NCBI GenBank assembly: GCA_030141605.1
Contig: JAQGDQ010000271.1
Span: 62,001 to 126,000 of the forward strand
DNA from: Tubiluchus corallicola
Taxonomy: Eukaryota > Animalia > Priapulida
Reading direction: 5' to 3'
DNA length: 64,000 nucleotides
The position numbers and the translations under genes were made by a program. Under the pieces are notes generated by a model that made no database searches, was not told where the DNA came from, and saw only the letters and a list, made by a program, of their open reading frames with translations. Positions 1 to 45,172 of this stretch are shown here, in pieces; within the stretch, counting starts at the first letter, position 1; each line of letters opens with the position of its first letter.

Positions 1-277
1 TAAACAGATTAAACAATTATTACAGCCAGGAATGCAGCCTGGATTTGGACTAGGATCCTTTGCTATTGGGGCTTAAAAGTTCTCGGGTTCAAATCCAACA
101 TTGATCCCAACTTTTTTAATTTTCTTGTCTTTCAAGTTTGGTATCAAAATTTAACAAATTGTGCAATCATTTTACACACACATAATAAAAACAATCGTTT
201 TAGCGAACATCCTAATTTCATAACAGGCAACAGCGAGTGAATATGCTACTTCCAATGTTTGATGCTGGAGATAACAG

Positions 278-629
278 CAGGGGGCGTATCAAGACTTCAC
301 GACGCCCTAGGGTAGTGTTTTGCGCCGCCCTTCTTTGTGAATTTCTGGTTACCTACGTAATAAGTAGATCAAACAATTGCTTGTGGTGTATTAGAAACAC
401 AACTTGCTCATTATTAATCGCCTGTATGTGCATGGTACTTATATTCAACCACTCTAAGCAACTGTTTGTTTTGTTGTGATACCTTGCACCTGTTCGTTAA
501 GAGGTACTTATATAAAAGCTGAGCTCAATAACTGCTTGTGGTGTGTTATAAAATGAATGTGAAATTATAAACATTTTCCGAGGAGAATAAGGATTATTTA
601 AAGCCGACTTTAAATAAAGATTATTATTG

Positions 630-682
<53 letters not shown>

Positions 683-773
683 TATTATTATTATTATTTC
701 TAAAATGTGACGCCCCTCAAACTTTGATACCCCAGGCTATAGCCTAGTTGACCAAATGGTTAATTTGCCCCTA
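278..773. mobile_element. MITE with CAGGGGCG termini (hAT-like); relatives at 5871-6283 and 15618-16000 (inverted)
   Basis: Three diverged copies share internal sequence; this one carries a SINE 3' tail plus (TAT)n at 601-698. Confidence 0.65.
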
Positions 774-833
774 CTTGCAGTGTTGTTAGTTAATTAGCTA
801 AAGAAAAATTATAATATAATTCGTAGATAATAC

Positions 834-3800
834 CTACGATGCCTTTAAATCGTGTCCACATTTTTGAACTGTGCCAACTGCAGCTCCCGAATCTAGTGGA
901 ATCGTTCGGTAAAATCGCGGCACGTAGAGATACTTCAGCCGTAAGAAAGCACGTGCTACTTTGTCATCTAAACTACGCGAAATGTCGCCCATTACGACAG
1001 TTGCGATATCTTTCGATTCACCCTCAGAATAACCCTGCAAATGTATGCTGTATGGTTAGTTAGTTTAAACATACTTTATTTAGGATTGGATCAGACTTGT
1101 TCGAACAACATGATTTAGGATCCTCACCACAACAGACTTTATACACTATTTACAAAAACATTTACAGTAAGAATAGACTATAACTACAGTCTAGATGCTG
1201 ACTAGAATCAGATAAGCTATCAGATAGAAACTACTGGAAGCGTTTAGTACGTATTATAAGGTCATGTATACATTGGAATATTTTACAGTTAGCAACATAG
1301 TTAAATTAATCTTTTCCGAATAATAACAACTTCAACAGATCATTAGTTCCTAAGGCAGCTATATTAAGGTTTTCGGGCAGAAGAATTTCATTTAATTTAT
1401 CAAACATAACAACCCTAGCTAGTTGATGCAATGGGCAGTGCAACAAAAAGTGTTCAACTCTTCTCATGCGTGTATGATGCGCTGATATTTGAGGTTTACC
1501 AAATGAAAAATGCTTCTTACGCAACGAAAAACTTAAATGAGATTTGAGCTCTTGTTTGAATTGTGAAATGGATGTAATTTCACGAATGTTCTGTGGTAAG
1601 TTGTTCCACATGTTAATGGTCGATATGAAAAACGATTTTTCACAGCTAACAGAACGGCAATTAAAATTTCTGTATTTAGTACCACTGTGTATATAATAGG
1701 GGGTAACTTTGTTTATGGTTAAGGGTCTATTTAGATGTTCCGTGTCCGAGTTCTCTTAAATATGTCGTTTTAGTTTGCTATACTTTTTTAATTTACCACC
1801 TAACTCAACTTCATTCATTTGCAGCTGCCGACACGTATTTCTTAGTTTACTTAAAGGAAGACAGGATGATTTTTCCTATACTGTCCCATTTTCAACTCCG
1901 ATATTTCAGTATACATTTTAACACAATTAATACTACAAAAGCATTTCTGATAATTAAATAAGAGATTAAAATCTTAATTAACAGCAGGCGAGCTCAACTA
2001 TTGATGACATCACAAACTAACATAACCTTCAACAGCAAAAACATTCCACGAGGGTGTTACACGTGTTTGCGAAAGCGAAAATTGAAGTACAGTGCTACTG
2101 TAAGATATTCAGTGTGTTGTATTAAAACTAGGCAAGTTTCAAGATAAAAATATATAAATTTTAAATTTCCCAGTGTGCTCACGCATGGATCTGTCAAACG
2201 TGTGTAGTTCATCACAAACAAACATATCTGAACTCAGAGGTACAGCACCTGTTTTTGTGCAATTCGTCTTCGAAATGCAGGCGCTAGTGCCCGTCTAACT
2301 AGAGAATGGCGAAATGCATGTAACAGTGAAGAATTAGTGGTGCGAACGGGAAATTGTGCTTGTGTGGTATAATTCTTTTACGTAAGTAATTTTTGAAAAA
2401 ATAGCAGGCTTCCTTTCAATATTTGAAAGAGTAAGTTGTTTTGACCTGCAGTTTAAGATTGGGTTTTGCTTTAACTCGCAATTTTTACATTCCAGAATGG
2501 GGGATGCCAGGTACTTCATCGCATTGTTGTTCTTGTTTTTGTGAATTTGCCAATTCAACTATGACAGCACGCGTATTTTCAGACTATGGCTTTCTGAGAT
2601 CTTATAGGTCACTGCCTCACTGGAGCACGATTCTGTTCTTTTTTTAAAATGTAATATTGAAATGCACTACGGCCAAATCACGTTGAAAATATAGGTTCTC
2701 TTCTGATCACCGAAGTTAAGCAACGTAGAGCCTGGTTAGTACTTGGATGGGTGACCGTCTACGAATACCAGGTGCTCTAGGCTTGCGGGATGCCCACACT
2801 GTGTCTTGACACTAGGCGGAGGAGCTGCACAAGCAGCCAACGGCTAGAGTGCGGAGAAGGTCAAGTGACCCAATGGCCATGTGTAGAGGAGTAAACCTTC
2901 CAAATCAGGAGTGGAGCCCCGAAGGTGGACCAGTGCAGCATGCTCACTGACTCCGGCAGCTCCTGCAGCCAACCTGGTGCCAAATGTATCGCTCCACTTT
3001 CCTTTGGACTACACCAGGGAGGAAGAGAGGGGTTCCTGTTGTCTGGACAACTCAGGATCTCCACACCTTGTCCAGGCGTGCGCCCTGGAGACGTTCAAGG
3101 ATCGGACTGCTCAGCCACAGTCGACGCTGCAGCTCCATCAATGTGATCAATAACTGACTCTCTTGGCGCACACTCCATTGTCTTCTGAGACAGACGGATG
3201 CCAACCAATATCGAAATGCCATTTGTTTCTACCAGTCAATCCTGCAAGTATTCTCTGAGTACGGGTGTCACAGCCTGGCGGCTGCCAATCAAACTAAAAT
3301 TAATATCCGGTTTGCACAGGCTCAAAACGTCGGTGAAGTCCTTTAATGACTTATTACTGGGTCATTACTGCCTTACTGTCTAGCTCTTTTCTTTTCGATC
3401 GTACTTAAGAATCCACTGATGTTTTTACAATGTCAGAAGCAGTGTCTGATAATATTATTTTCATCTATGAAATATAGTGCATTCAAGTAAGTGTGAACAA
3501 ACCAATGCTTCTGTGAGTACCCCAGTTTCTCCATTACCAGCGTGCCTCTTGACTTGCCCACATGTAAATACAGCGAGAGTCGCACATGCGCAGTGTCGTT
3601 CTGTACGGCACGTGACTTCCGCTTTCTTTTCCGATTTTTCGTTTTTCGCAAGATGTCTGTGCGGCGCTAAATTTGAAGTGTTTCAATGCTAACCAAAGCG
3701 AAACGTGCAAGTTTATAAAAGAAATAAATCCGCTTTTTTGTATCACGCTAGTCAATAGTGACTTTTGACAGCAAATTTACCACCAATTTTGACAGCATTT

Positions 3801-4992
3801 GACAGAATTTTGACAGCAAACTTGACACCAGGGTGGCCGTGGACGTTTAAACTGAACTGCCCTGATTTCGCTTCATATTTTTAATATCTTACCTTATTTC
3901 GCCCTTTCGTCTTGTGTCTCATTACAACTGACTTCACATAGCTTTTGACACGAGCCCGCATTTTTACAAACTAAAGGATAAGCTTACCTCACGAAATTTA
4001 AATCTTGAAAATTGCGCATCCACAATTATCGTTCTGATTTCGTCGTTTTTCGGAGTATTTACCAACTTCCACCAGCCCTTTTTCCAAGCAGCTTTAATAT
4101 TTGCCAAAGCTGGAGCTATGCAGTAGCAATAACCTACTCCCCATGACTTATAGGAGGCAGTCTTGTAAAACAAAGCCTGGTAGCTTCCACGGTAGATTTC
4201 CAAACTGTAAATATTAAAACCTACATGTATTTATATTAAAGGAGAAGAAAAGGGCTGCTTGAAGTAGGTTTCAGAAAAATCGCCTTAAAAAATTATCTTA
4301 CTTTATAGGAATTTTATGCGTATGTCGTACTCACACTGAAAGGAATTTTAGTTTGTTTTCATTTTAAATCTCCCACAATACTGTTCCGAAGTCGCCGTCA
4401 CTAAAACACGTAAATCAAGGGAAGAAAAGGCAATGTTAAATTATGTCTCAAAAGACTTTCCGTGCAAATCTATATTACTTAGATTTTCGCTTACCTGCTA
4501 GAAAGACTTATGTAACTAGAAAAGAAATTTATTAATTATTTACCACTTGGTAAAATGGTTTTCACCAATTGGTAAAATGTCGCTGATTCACCCTCCAGGG
4601 TGCACCACTCACTAACCAAAAACGTATTTTAATCTTATTGACAAGATGCAGTAATTTTAAATTTTATTTAGCTAGTGACTTGTGCGCTACGAATGCTCTG
4701 ATTATTTTTTCAAACTTTACAAAATGTTATCTAAACTTGTTTCAAATGACCTGTCGTGAAAATGGCTGCGTCTAACGGTCATCGCGGGAGTTTAAATTTA
4801 CATGTTTTATACAGCGTGACTGCCGATTGAAGTCCTGCTTGCAAAAAGGCAGTATGTAAGTGATATAAACTTTCAAAACGAATTTTTTAAGCTTTATGTT
4901 TATGAAGGGTTTTCTTGTGATTTAAGAACTATATATATATATATATAGATATATAGATAGATAGATATATAGTTAGATAGATAGATAGATAA

Positions 4993-5023
<31 letters not shown>

Positions 5024-8000
5024 CACAATACAGAGATGGATGTAGATAATTAGTAACAATAGAAACATATACAAAAATAATAGAATATATACAGAATTTT
5101 AAATTAGTTAGTTACTAAATGTGAAAGCATTTCATTCAATTCATTTCGAGTGAAACCTTCAATAATTAACTCCTGTTGATAAGAGCAGTAGATTTCATAA
5201 CTCAGTTTTTCTTCTACGGTATAATTTAAAGTAATTTCTTTACTTTCGGAAAAAGTTCTATGCTCTCCTAGTGTTGTTATACTAGGAAACAGGTTTTACT
5301 GACTGTTCAGTGCAGCAGTTTTGCTACTCGTGTTTTCTGTAGTTCAATAAACACTTTTCTGTTGTGTGAAATGCAAATATTTATTAGTGTATAGATTTTT
5401 GGTTCCTATCCATACTTCTCTGTGTCCAAACTCAATCATAACAAAGTTATTGAACAACAACTTCAAAAATGACTATCACAGAAATAAAGTTACCAATAAA
5501 ATAAATATTAGTTCTTCTATGCAAACAACTGAGTAGTAATTATGCAAAGTACAAGCCGGTCATTTTAGAGGTGGCATTTGAACTTACGAAAACTTAACAT
5601 GGAGAGTTCCACTCTTCGGATATCTGTGTAAGCATAATTCAATAAACTGATCAGACTGGCTGTGTATATCAAATTCGGAAATGACAAGTCTAGGAGTTAC
5701 TTTGCTGAAATCATAAGTCTCTGCAAACGGCTTTGACATCAACACGACGAACAGGAAAAACCCTGAAATATTATAATTCGTTATCATTATTAGTTTAGTA
5801 TTAACTTTATTTATTTACAGTGGATTTACAAAACAGACTGCGTCAGATACAGGTATCTCCACGGTACAAGTCAGCGGGGCGAATCAAGACAATTCTGGGG
5901 TGATAGTTCTATCCCACCCATCTCTATTGTGAATTTATGGTTGTTTATGTAACGAGCAGATTAAATAATTACTTGTGGTGTATTAGAAGCAGTATTAACC
6001 TAGTTTCTAGGTGAACATTCTTAATTACATGTGTTTGAATAGCACTTATATTCAAGCACGTTGCGCAACTGCTTGTTGTGTAATACCTTGCACTTGTGCG
6101 TTATGTGGCACTTATGTAAATTGCTCGATACCTGTCTGTGGTGTGTCATAAAATGTGCCATTTACATGAATATGAAAGTATACACATTTTCAGAAGAGAA
6201 TAAGAATTGTTATTAAAATGTGACGCTTTCAAACTGGAGCTCTAGACTATAGCCTAGTCAGCCTATTGGTTAAAACGCCCCTGCAAGTGCTGAGTGTAGA
6301 GTGCTAATAAAACAATAATGGATGGACATCACAACTAATATCACACTCGATTAGGTAAAACAATTACTCAGTTAAAATCAGCAGGTGGTGATTAAACTTA
6401 CAACATTTCTTGGTAGGTTAATCAAAAGGTTGGTTAAGCTGGCTGGTTTATTATTATTACATCACCGTTACATTATTACACCAGAATCTAATTAGGTTAA
6501 AAGGATTATTCTGATACTTTCTGTCGGATCTCCTAAAATTTTATCTTCATCAGCTTCAAGCTTAGTCACCTGTGCAACTAAAGTTCCTGCCATGTTACTA
6601 AATGAAGAATGGCCACAAAATTTAATATGAAACTTTCTCAACAGATCATTAGAATTACCTCTTTGTAGAACAGCAGGTTGAATTGGAGGTTTGCAGCACT
6701 TCTCAGTTTTAAAAGTAAACGCACATGGTGCTGCCAGAAAGAAAAATACTGCAAAGTAAATTCCAAAATTTTGCCTACATAAAAAACCCAGAGGGTAATT
6801 AGTTACCCCACATCAGGTCTACAGTATCTGGCACTCGTGCTTTGTAAAAAAAGCATGAATAATACTTTTCAACAAAACCAAGTTACGGTTGTATAACAAA
6901 TCGAAAAACATTTAATCATTACTAGTTTAAAAATTTTTCATTGTGTGTATCGATATAAAAAAATGTGAGCAAACACTCTTGGGGTTAATTTTTTACCCCA
7001 CTTTGGTCGGTTAAGGGTTGATCACACAGAATGGACAGAGACAGCTTAGGCATGTATGAACACTCTAAATCGAGGTAAATGACAGGGCAACATGATAGAA
7101 ACCACCCAAGAATTTTCCCTTCAGTCGCCCATCCTTTACTAACTAGACTTAGCATTCTTTAACTTCGTTCGCTAAACTTGTACATCCTGTGAAAACTGTG
7201 ACCACTCAACTATTCCCTCATCCAAAATGTTACACTGAGTGTTTGCAATGGGAGTATTTTTGACATAGTTTTCTTAGATAGTTTACATAATTATTGTTGA
7301 ATCAATTATCAATTTTAGTCAATTTGAAAATAAACGGTGAAAAACTTTCATTATAACTTTTCTTAGAAATGTTATCCTAGTGACGCAAATACAAATAGAA
7401 ATACAAATTACAAAAATACAAATACAAAACAATACATTATATGTATTACAAAAATTTGTATGTTTTGACGTGCCTGCAAGTCAATACAAAATACAGAAAT
7501 ACAATATGCAAAACAATACACAATGCACATTACAAAATTGTGTATGTTTTGACGTGCCTGCAAGTAACTGGTTACAACCTTAACGATGTTACAAAAATCC
7601 AACAAGTTCGACTACCAATCAGACCCCAACAGTCTCTATGAAAATTTGATAGCAATTATGGAAAATATGTGATAGATACGCAACAGAAGAGAGCTTTCTA
7701 AACAAAGAATTCGTCTATTAGCAAGCAGGGACGAACTAAATTTTAATATTCCCTGAAACGTTCACTCCCTTATTTAACTAAAGTTCTCTGGGCGTGGTGT
7801 AGTGGACCTAGATTTTGCGAACTCTACAACATAAAATACAAAAAATGGGCTCCTTATTAAAATAAACCTTCAGTTCGAAAACTCTGAATGTCCGTTAGCT
7901 TGTTTGAATATGACACATAGTAGCAAAAAACATGATGCTTTGACATGAAATGTTTAGCTTTATTTAAAGGTAAAACAGACAAAAGAAAGTAAACAAAAAT

Positions 8001-9644
8001 AAGAAAAATGTCGATATGTGTATTTATAACCATTATGCATAACTTTGTAAGGTAAACTGCTAGGTAAATTGGCGTATTGACAGTTTTAATGAAATATGAA
8101 TACCTTATCCAAGAATACATTACCCAAAGAATCAACAAGCTAGATGGTAACTATTTGTAAACGGTCCTAGAGCTCTCAAATGCTTTTTGAAACTGTCAAC
8201 TGATGAAGGACTGATGGTTGATGATGAAAGATGATACCATGGTTGAATTACGCGATGCCCAAAGAAGTGTAATCTGATGTTGGTTCTAACTTAATCTCAT
8301 GATCACGAAGAACTGTATGTAGCGGTATGTAGCTACCTGCGTGCAACTTTTATTATAATATGAAGACGATGTGCACATATGTTTTGCTTTTATGTTGCTT
8401 TATGATTGATTGACAGATTTTCAATATTGTATAACAATGTAACACAAGAGAAAATGGAGAAGCCACACAGGCGAAGCACTTATATGTGGTTCTCTGTTAG
8501 CAAGTTACGATCAAATTTACAAACGTTGCAACAAGCTTTTTCCTTTTCTAACAATGATGTAAAATCATTAACATTAGAGGCATTAACTGTGTCGTCATAA
8601 GTTAAAGAATTTCAACTATCTACGATTCTTAGAATTTGCAAGCAAAAAATTGAGTTCAGTCTACGGTAGTTTTTATATAATTTAAAGTTATGTACCCTAA
8701 GCCCAAAATAGGGTACGTACATAAAAAAAGTCATGAAATACGATTATTACAAATTTTGTAGGTCAAAAATTAACCCTCTTATTCCTAATGGCTGTAACTT
8801 AAGAATATGTAGTCTATGAACGTAATCTGTACATCTTCTTTTACTTGTTAGATATAAAACTGAAAGTAGTTGCCATAAAAAGCTACTAGGAAAGCAGAAG
8901 TTGTGAAGTAAAGACTCACTGAAATTTTACAATTTTTATCACCTCAAAATAAAAAAATTATGATCATATTGTCTAAGCATAGTTCTCGTGAAGTGAACTT
9001 ACAACATTTCTCTACAGCATTTGAACAGCTAATCCAAGTTCTTGTGATGCTTTTTCCGTCATGACCGAACGTCATATTTTCCACATTTCAAAAAATCTGT
9101 GTGCGCTCTTGTCCATACACACATTGTTTTCGTTGTTAGTTTACGGCATCATAATAACGAAGGTACGATGGTAGTTGTTGTTTCGGCTTGTATTACACAA
9201 AGAAATTATTGACAACCATGTTACCTTACAACTTTTTAATTCATCACGCTACACAATGACAAACGAGATCTGTAATTTTAACGAAGCTTGTTACAGTTCA
9301 TTCATTTCAGTATCTAGCCAAATGTACAGTAGTTTTTCAAGTGACGCACGCCGCCTACAAAAATTTGCATTGTTGTAAAAACAATGGTTTCTCTCTTCGT
9401 TAATTCATGCTCGTACGGGATGTATAAAATTTCGGGTAGCATGAGCAGTTAGACTTCCACATATATAACTTACACGAGAGTTGCTTTCCCAACAAAATGC
9501 CTCTGATTTAGAAGAATGTTTTTTCTTTACGTAAATGAAAAAGAAGTTTGTCAGCAGGCCCTATTTCAAGGGGGAAAGTGGGGATACTTCCCCGGGGCGT
9601 CACCCTCCAGGGGGTAACTTTTTTTGCTTTATGCGAACATACTG

Positions 9645-9742
<98 letters not shown>

Positions 9743-10736
9743 GCCGCACGAGCGCCGTTTGCCTTGTGCGGCTCGGTGCCGATGTTCAGCTGTTTTCAAT
9801 TTCGGAATTTTTAACACCGGCTTGTACGGAAGTGAGAGTGCGATATTACATATTGCAAAGATGTTGTTTTTGATTTGACTATTTGACAAGTATTAAAGAC
9901 TGGTCTTGAGAATAAAGCAGTTTTTCTTTCAATTTTTCTTTCCTTTAACAACTGTATAACTCCATATTTTCTCTTCGAAAGTGCTTCTCCGGCGTTCTAG
10001 CAGTTCAAAAATTTTCTGGGTGCCAGCCATGGTGACGCCCCCCCCCGAGGAGGCCTCACACCCGCACTTCCCCGGGCCTCGCTTAGGCTAAAATTGGCCC
10101 TGTTTGTCAGTAATTGAAAATTTACCTTGTGCTAGTTCAAATTCAGGTTCAATGCTTCCGTGCCCCTGTATCTCAGGAATTGCCAAACAAGGCCATCATT
10201 CGGCAATAAAGTTGTCAGATGAAAAATAAAAAGATCAAGCACTAATCAGTTGACGAGTTGGGGAAAAGGGCTTCTGTCATAAGCTCCCATAGCAGGGGTA
10301 CTCGGATGCAGGTAAAAATGGCACAGGAAAAAATGACACAAATGGAAAAGTGGGTAAAAACGGCACAAATGGAAAAGTAGGTAAAAATGACACAGGAAAA
10401 AATGAAACACTTGATGATAACAAGACCAAACGAATTTAGATCCAAATTCGCAAGCGTAATGCAGTGGTCGTGTTTGTATCTGACAATACCTGGTCGAGTG
10501 TGGTTAACGCATGTCAGTATTTGTACATTATTGCTTGCGCTTAAGCATGACTAACCAGTGTGGATGAAGCTATCTGGTCCTATATTTGGTGCTATCTCGG
10601 GTCCTTAACGAATCCCAGCTTTTTAAAAACACTGGTGATTGTCCACCAAGCAATAACTAAATACTTCAGTGGAAAACTGAATACCTGACGTAATGAAATG
10701 ATGAAAAATCAGCGGTAGGGGTTCACCTAGATCCAT
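834..10736 (-). CDS. Uncharacterised probably secreted protein with lamin-tail-domain-like motif (spliced, at least 4 exons; may continue beyond window start)
   Basis: Exons 10736-10685, 5762-5588, 4204-3988, 1034-838 (or to TAG at 834) join with GT-AG sites and matching phases (1,2,0): MDLGEPLPLIFHHFITSGFFLFVVLMSKPFAETYDFSKVTPRLVISEFDIHSQSDQFIELC...SLEIYRGS...RFKFRE|GYSEGESKDIATVVMG...VGTVQKCGHDLKAS. Hydrophobic N-terminus; domain call is inference. Confidence 0.7.
838..1034 (-). CDS. Exon 4 of uncharacterised secreted protein
   Basis: Acceptor tttgcag|GGT in phase 0; ends at TC|GTAGGT or reads to TAG at 836-834. Confidence 0.7.
1065..1700 (-). mobile_element. LINE 3' fragment (CR1/L2-group ORF2 C-terminus)
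   Basis: WNNLP..IRE..S...FK..LK and EHFLLHCP motifs; AATAAA plus short simple tail. Confidence 0.75.
1855..2470 (+). mobile_element. TTAA-AGG MITE family A (Kolobok/T2-like)
   Basis: TTAA|AGGAAGACAGG...GCT|TTAA; homologous copies at 26529, 32802, 38313, 57226. Confidence 0.8.
2665..2784 (+). pseudogene. 5S rRNA-like sequence (SINE head)
   Basis: CTACGGCC...GATCACCGAAGTTAAGCAACG...GTTAGTACTTGGATGGGTGACC...GGCTT with several substitutions; no T4 terminator. Confidence 0.85.
2666..3206 (+). mobile_element. 5S rRNA-derived SINE (SINE3) with about 420-bp body
   Basis: 5S-like head to 2784, body repeated twice elsewhere, 13-bp TSD AATAT(T/C)GAAATGC at 2653 and 3207. Confidence 0.85.
3988..4204 (-). 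CDS. Exon 3 of uncharacterised secreted protein
   Basis: tttacag|T TTG GAA ... GAG|gtaagc; 217 nt open, phases fit both neighbours. Confidence 0.75.
4240..4921 (+). mobile_element. TTAA-AGG MITE family B (Kolobok/T2-like)
   Basis: TTAA|AGGAGAAGAAAA...TTTTCTTGTGAT|TTAA; copies at 42359 and 45173. Confidence 0.8.
4930..5022. repeat. (TA)n/(GATA)n microsatellite
   Basis: Direct reading. Confidence 0.95.
5588..5762 (-). CDS. Exon 2 of uncharacterised secreted protein
   Basis: tttcag|GG TTT ... TC|gtaagt; 175 nt; encodes FFLFVVLM and LVISEFD...DQFIEL. Confidence 0.75.
5871..6283. mobile_element. CAGGGGCG-type MITE copy
   Basis: Homologous to 278-773; ends CGCCCCTG. Confidence 0.65.
9555..10102. 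mobile_element. hAT-type MITE containing (CT)n
   Basis: TIR CAGGCCCTATTT/AAATTGGCCCTG, perfect 8-bp TSD TTTGTCAG; (CT)n at 9648-9737. Confidence 0.88.
10685..10736 (-). CDS. Probable first coding exon of uncharacterised secreted protein
   Basis: ATG GAT CTA...TCA G|gtattc; phase 1 matches exon 2; next to GC-rich divergent promoter. Confidence 0.55.
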
Positions 10737-11040
10737 GATGCTAATGCTCGCGGATAAATATTAAACAAAGTGATGCAAATTCAAGACAAACTGTTTTGTT
10801 GTAAGGCCATGGCGCACGCCAACCCGTCCGCCCGGTGACAATTTGGCAGAGTGGCTGCCGCAGAGTATTGACCCGACTATTATTACGCTTGCAACGAATG
10901 CAATATGAAACTGTCGTGCTTGAACCTCTGCTTGGGGCAAAACTAGAAACTGAGCACCCAAGTGATAATAGATAGAAATGCTGATAAGCAAGTGGAACGT
11001 ATAGCCAAGCAAGTTTGCTACCAGTGTTGACGATTTGATC
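10737..11040. promoter_or_regulatory. Putative bidirectional promoter / 5' UTRs
   Basis: 304 bp between divergent ATGs (10736 minus, 11041 plus); CpG/GC-rich core about 10805-10862. Confidence 0.5.
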
Positions 11041-44242
<33,202 letters not shown>

Positions 44243-44299
44243 CATAATATCACATACATATTCTTATCAAGTCATTTTTTACTAAAAGCACTTGAAAAG

Positions 44300-44924
44300 A
44301 TTTATAGTTAAAACACAACAACTTTATTAAAACTTTTAATTTACATAGTTAAAAATCATGTCAAACATTTCGACAGAGCTACTGCTGTCATCATCAGTGG
44401 TAAATTTTTACAAACATACAGCCAGTTTATATAGGCAGAGCTACAGTATGTACCCTAATAAGCCTTCTCTTAATGTACAAAACAGTTCAATTCCTTTAAC
44501 TTTATTTTCAAACACTTAGCTATTTGTTACTGTACCAATTTTTTTCTACTGGTCTGCTTAATCATTACCTATTTGGCTTTTTGTAAATACATAATTAGTG
44601 CATAATTTACTGTATCAATTTCTTTTCTACTGGTCTGCTTAATCATTACCTATTTGGCTTTTTGTAAATACATAATTAGTGCATAATTTACTGTATCAAT
44701 TTCTTTTCTACACGTCTGCTTATTCATTACCTATTTGGATTTTGTTAAATACATAATTAGTGCATAATTTTCTATTCTGTAGGCTCTGCCATACAAACTG
44801 GCTGTAGGTTTGTAAAAATGTACCGCTGATGATGGCAGCAGTAGCTCTGTCAAAACGTTAGATATGATATTTTTAACTATGTAGATTAAAAGTTTTAATG
44901 AATTTGTGGTGTTTTACTATAAAT
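44300..44924. mobile_element. Penelope-like non-autonomous element: inverted about 147-bp arms with minimal hammerhead motifs
   Basis: Arms 44300-44446 and 44777-44924; three 81-bp internal repeats. Confidence 0.72.
44361..44400 (-). ncRNA. Minimal type I hammerhead ribozyme-like motif
   Basis: CCA CUGAUGA U GACAG-cagtagct-CUGUC GAAA U GUU UGA: core nucleotides and stem II intact, stems I/III weak. Confidence 0.55.
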
Positions 44925-45172
44925 GTTATTATAAAGTTAAAGGATTTTACAGGTAAAAGAGACTAACTATTTTCTATGTCTTATTTTCGTACCGAAGTGA
45001 TATCAAGAATTTATTTATTTTATTACAACTTATTTTAGCATGTGGTTCATACCTGTAAACTTGCTTTTCAAACTTATTGTTTTCTGAAAATGAAACTTTA
45101 TTCAAAACGAACATTACATTAATTACTTGAAATAGGCGAAAATAGAAATACCTCACATAATTGAAACCTAAA

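Noticed and set aside
1-110. Further exon of the minus-strand gene (DPSPNPGC...)
   Set aside because: In-frame stop just upstream, no convincing acceptor, and the plus strand has a B-box-like GGTTCAAATCC suggesting a SINE remnant
2665-2784. Functional 5S rRNA gene
   Set aside because: Several substitutions, no oligo-T terminator, fused to a repeat body inside a TSD; better explained as a SINE head
2861-3153. ORFs MEPRRW.../MDQCS... (also 29700-30005)
   Set aside because: Lie within SINE body copies; no protein motifs
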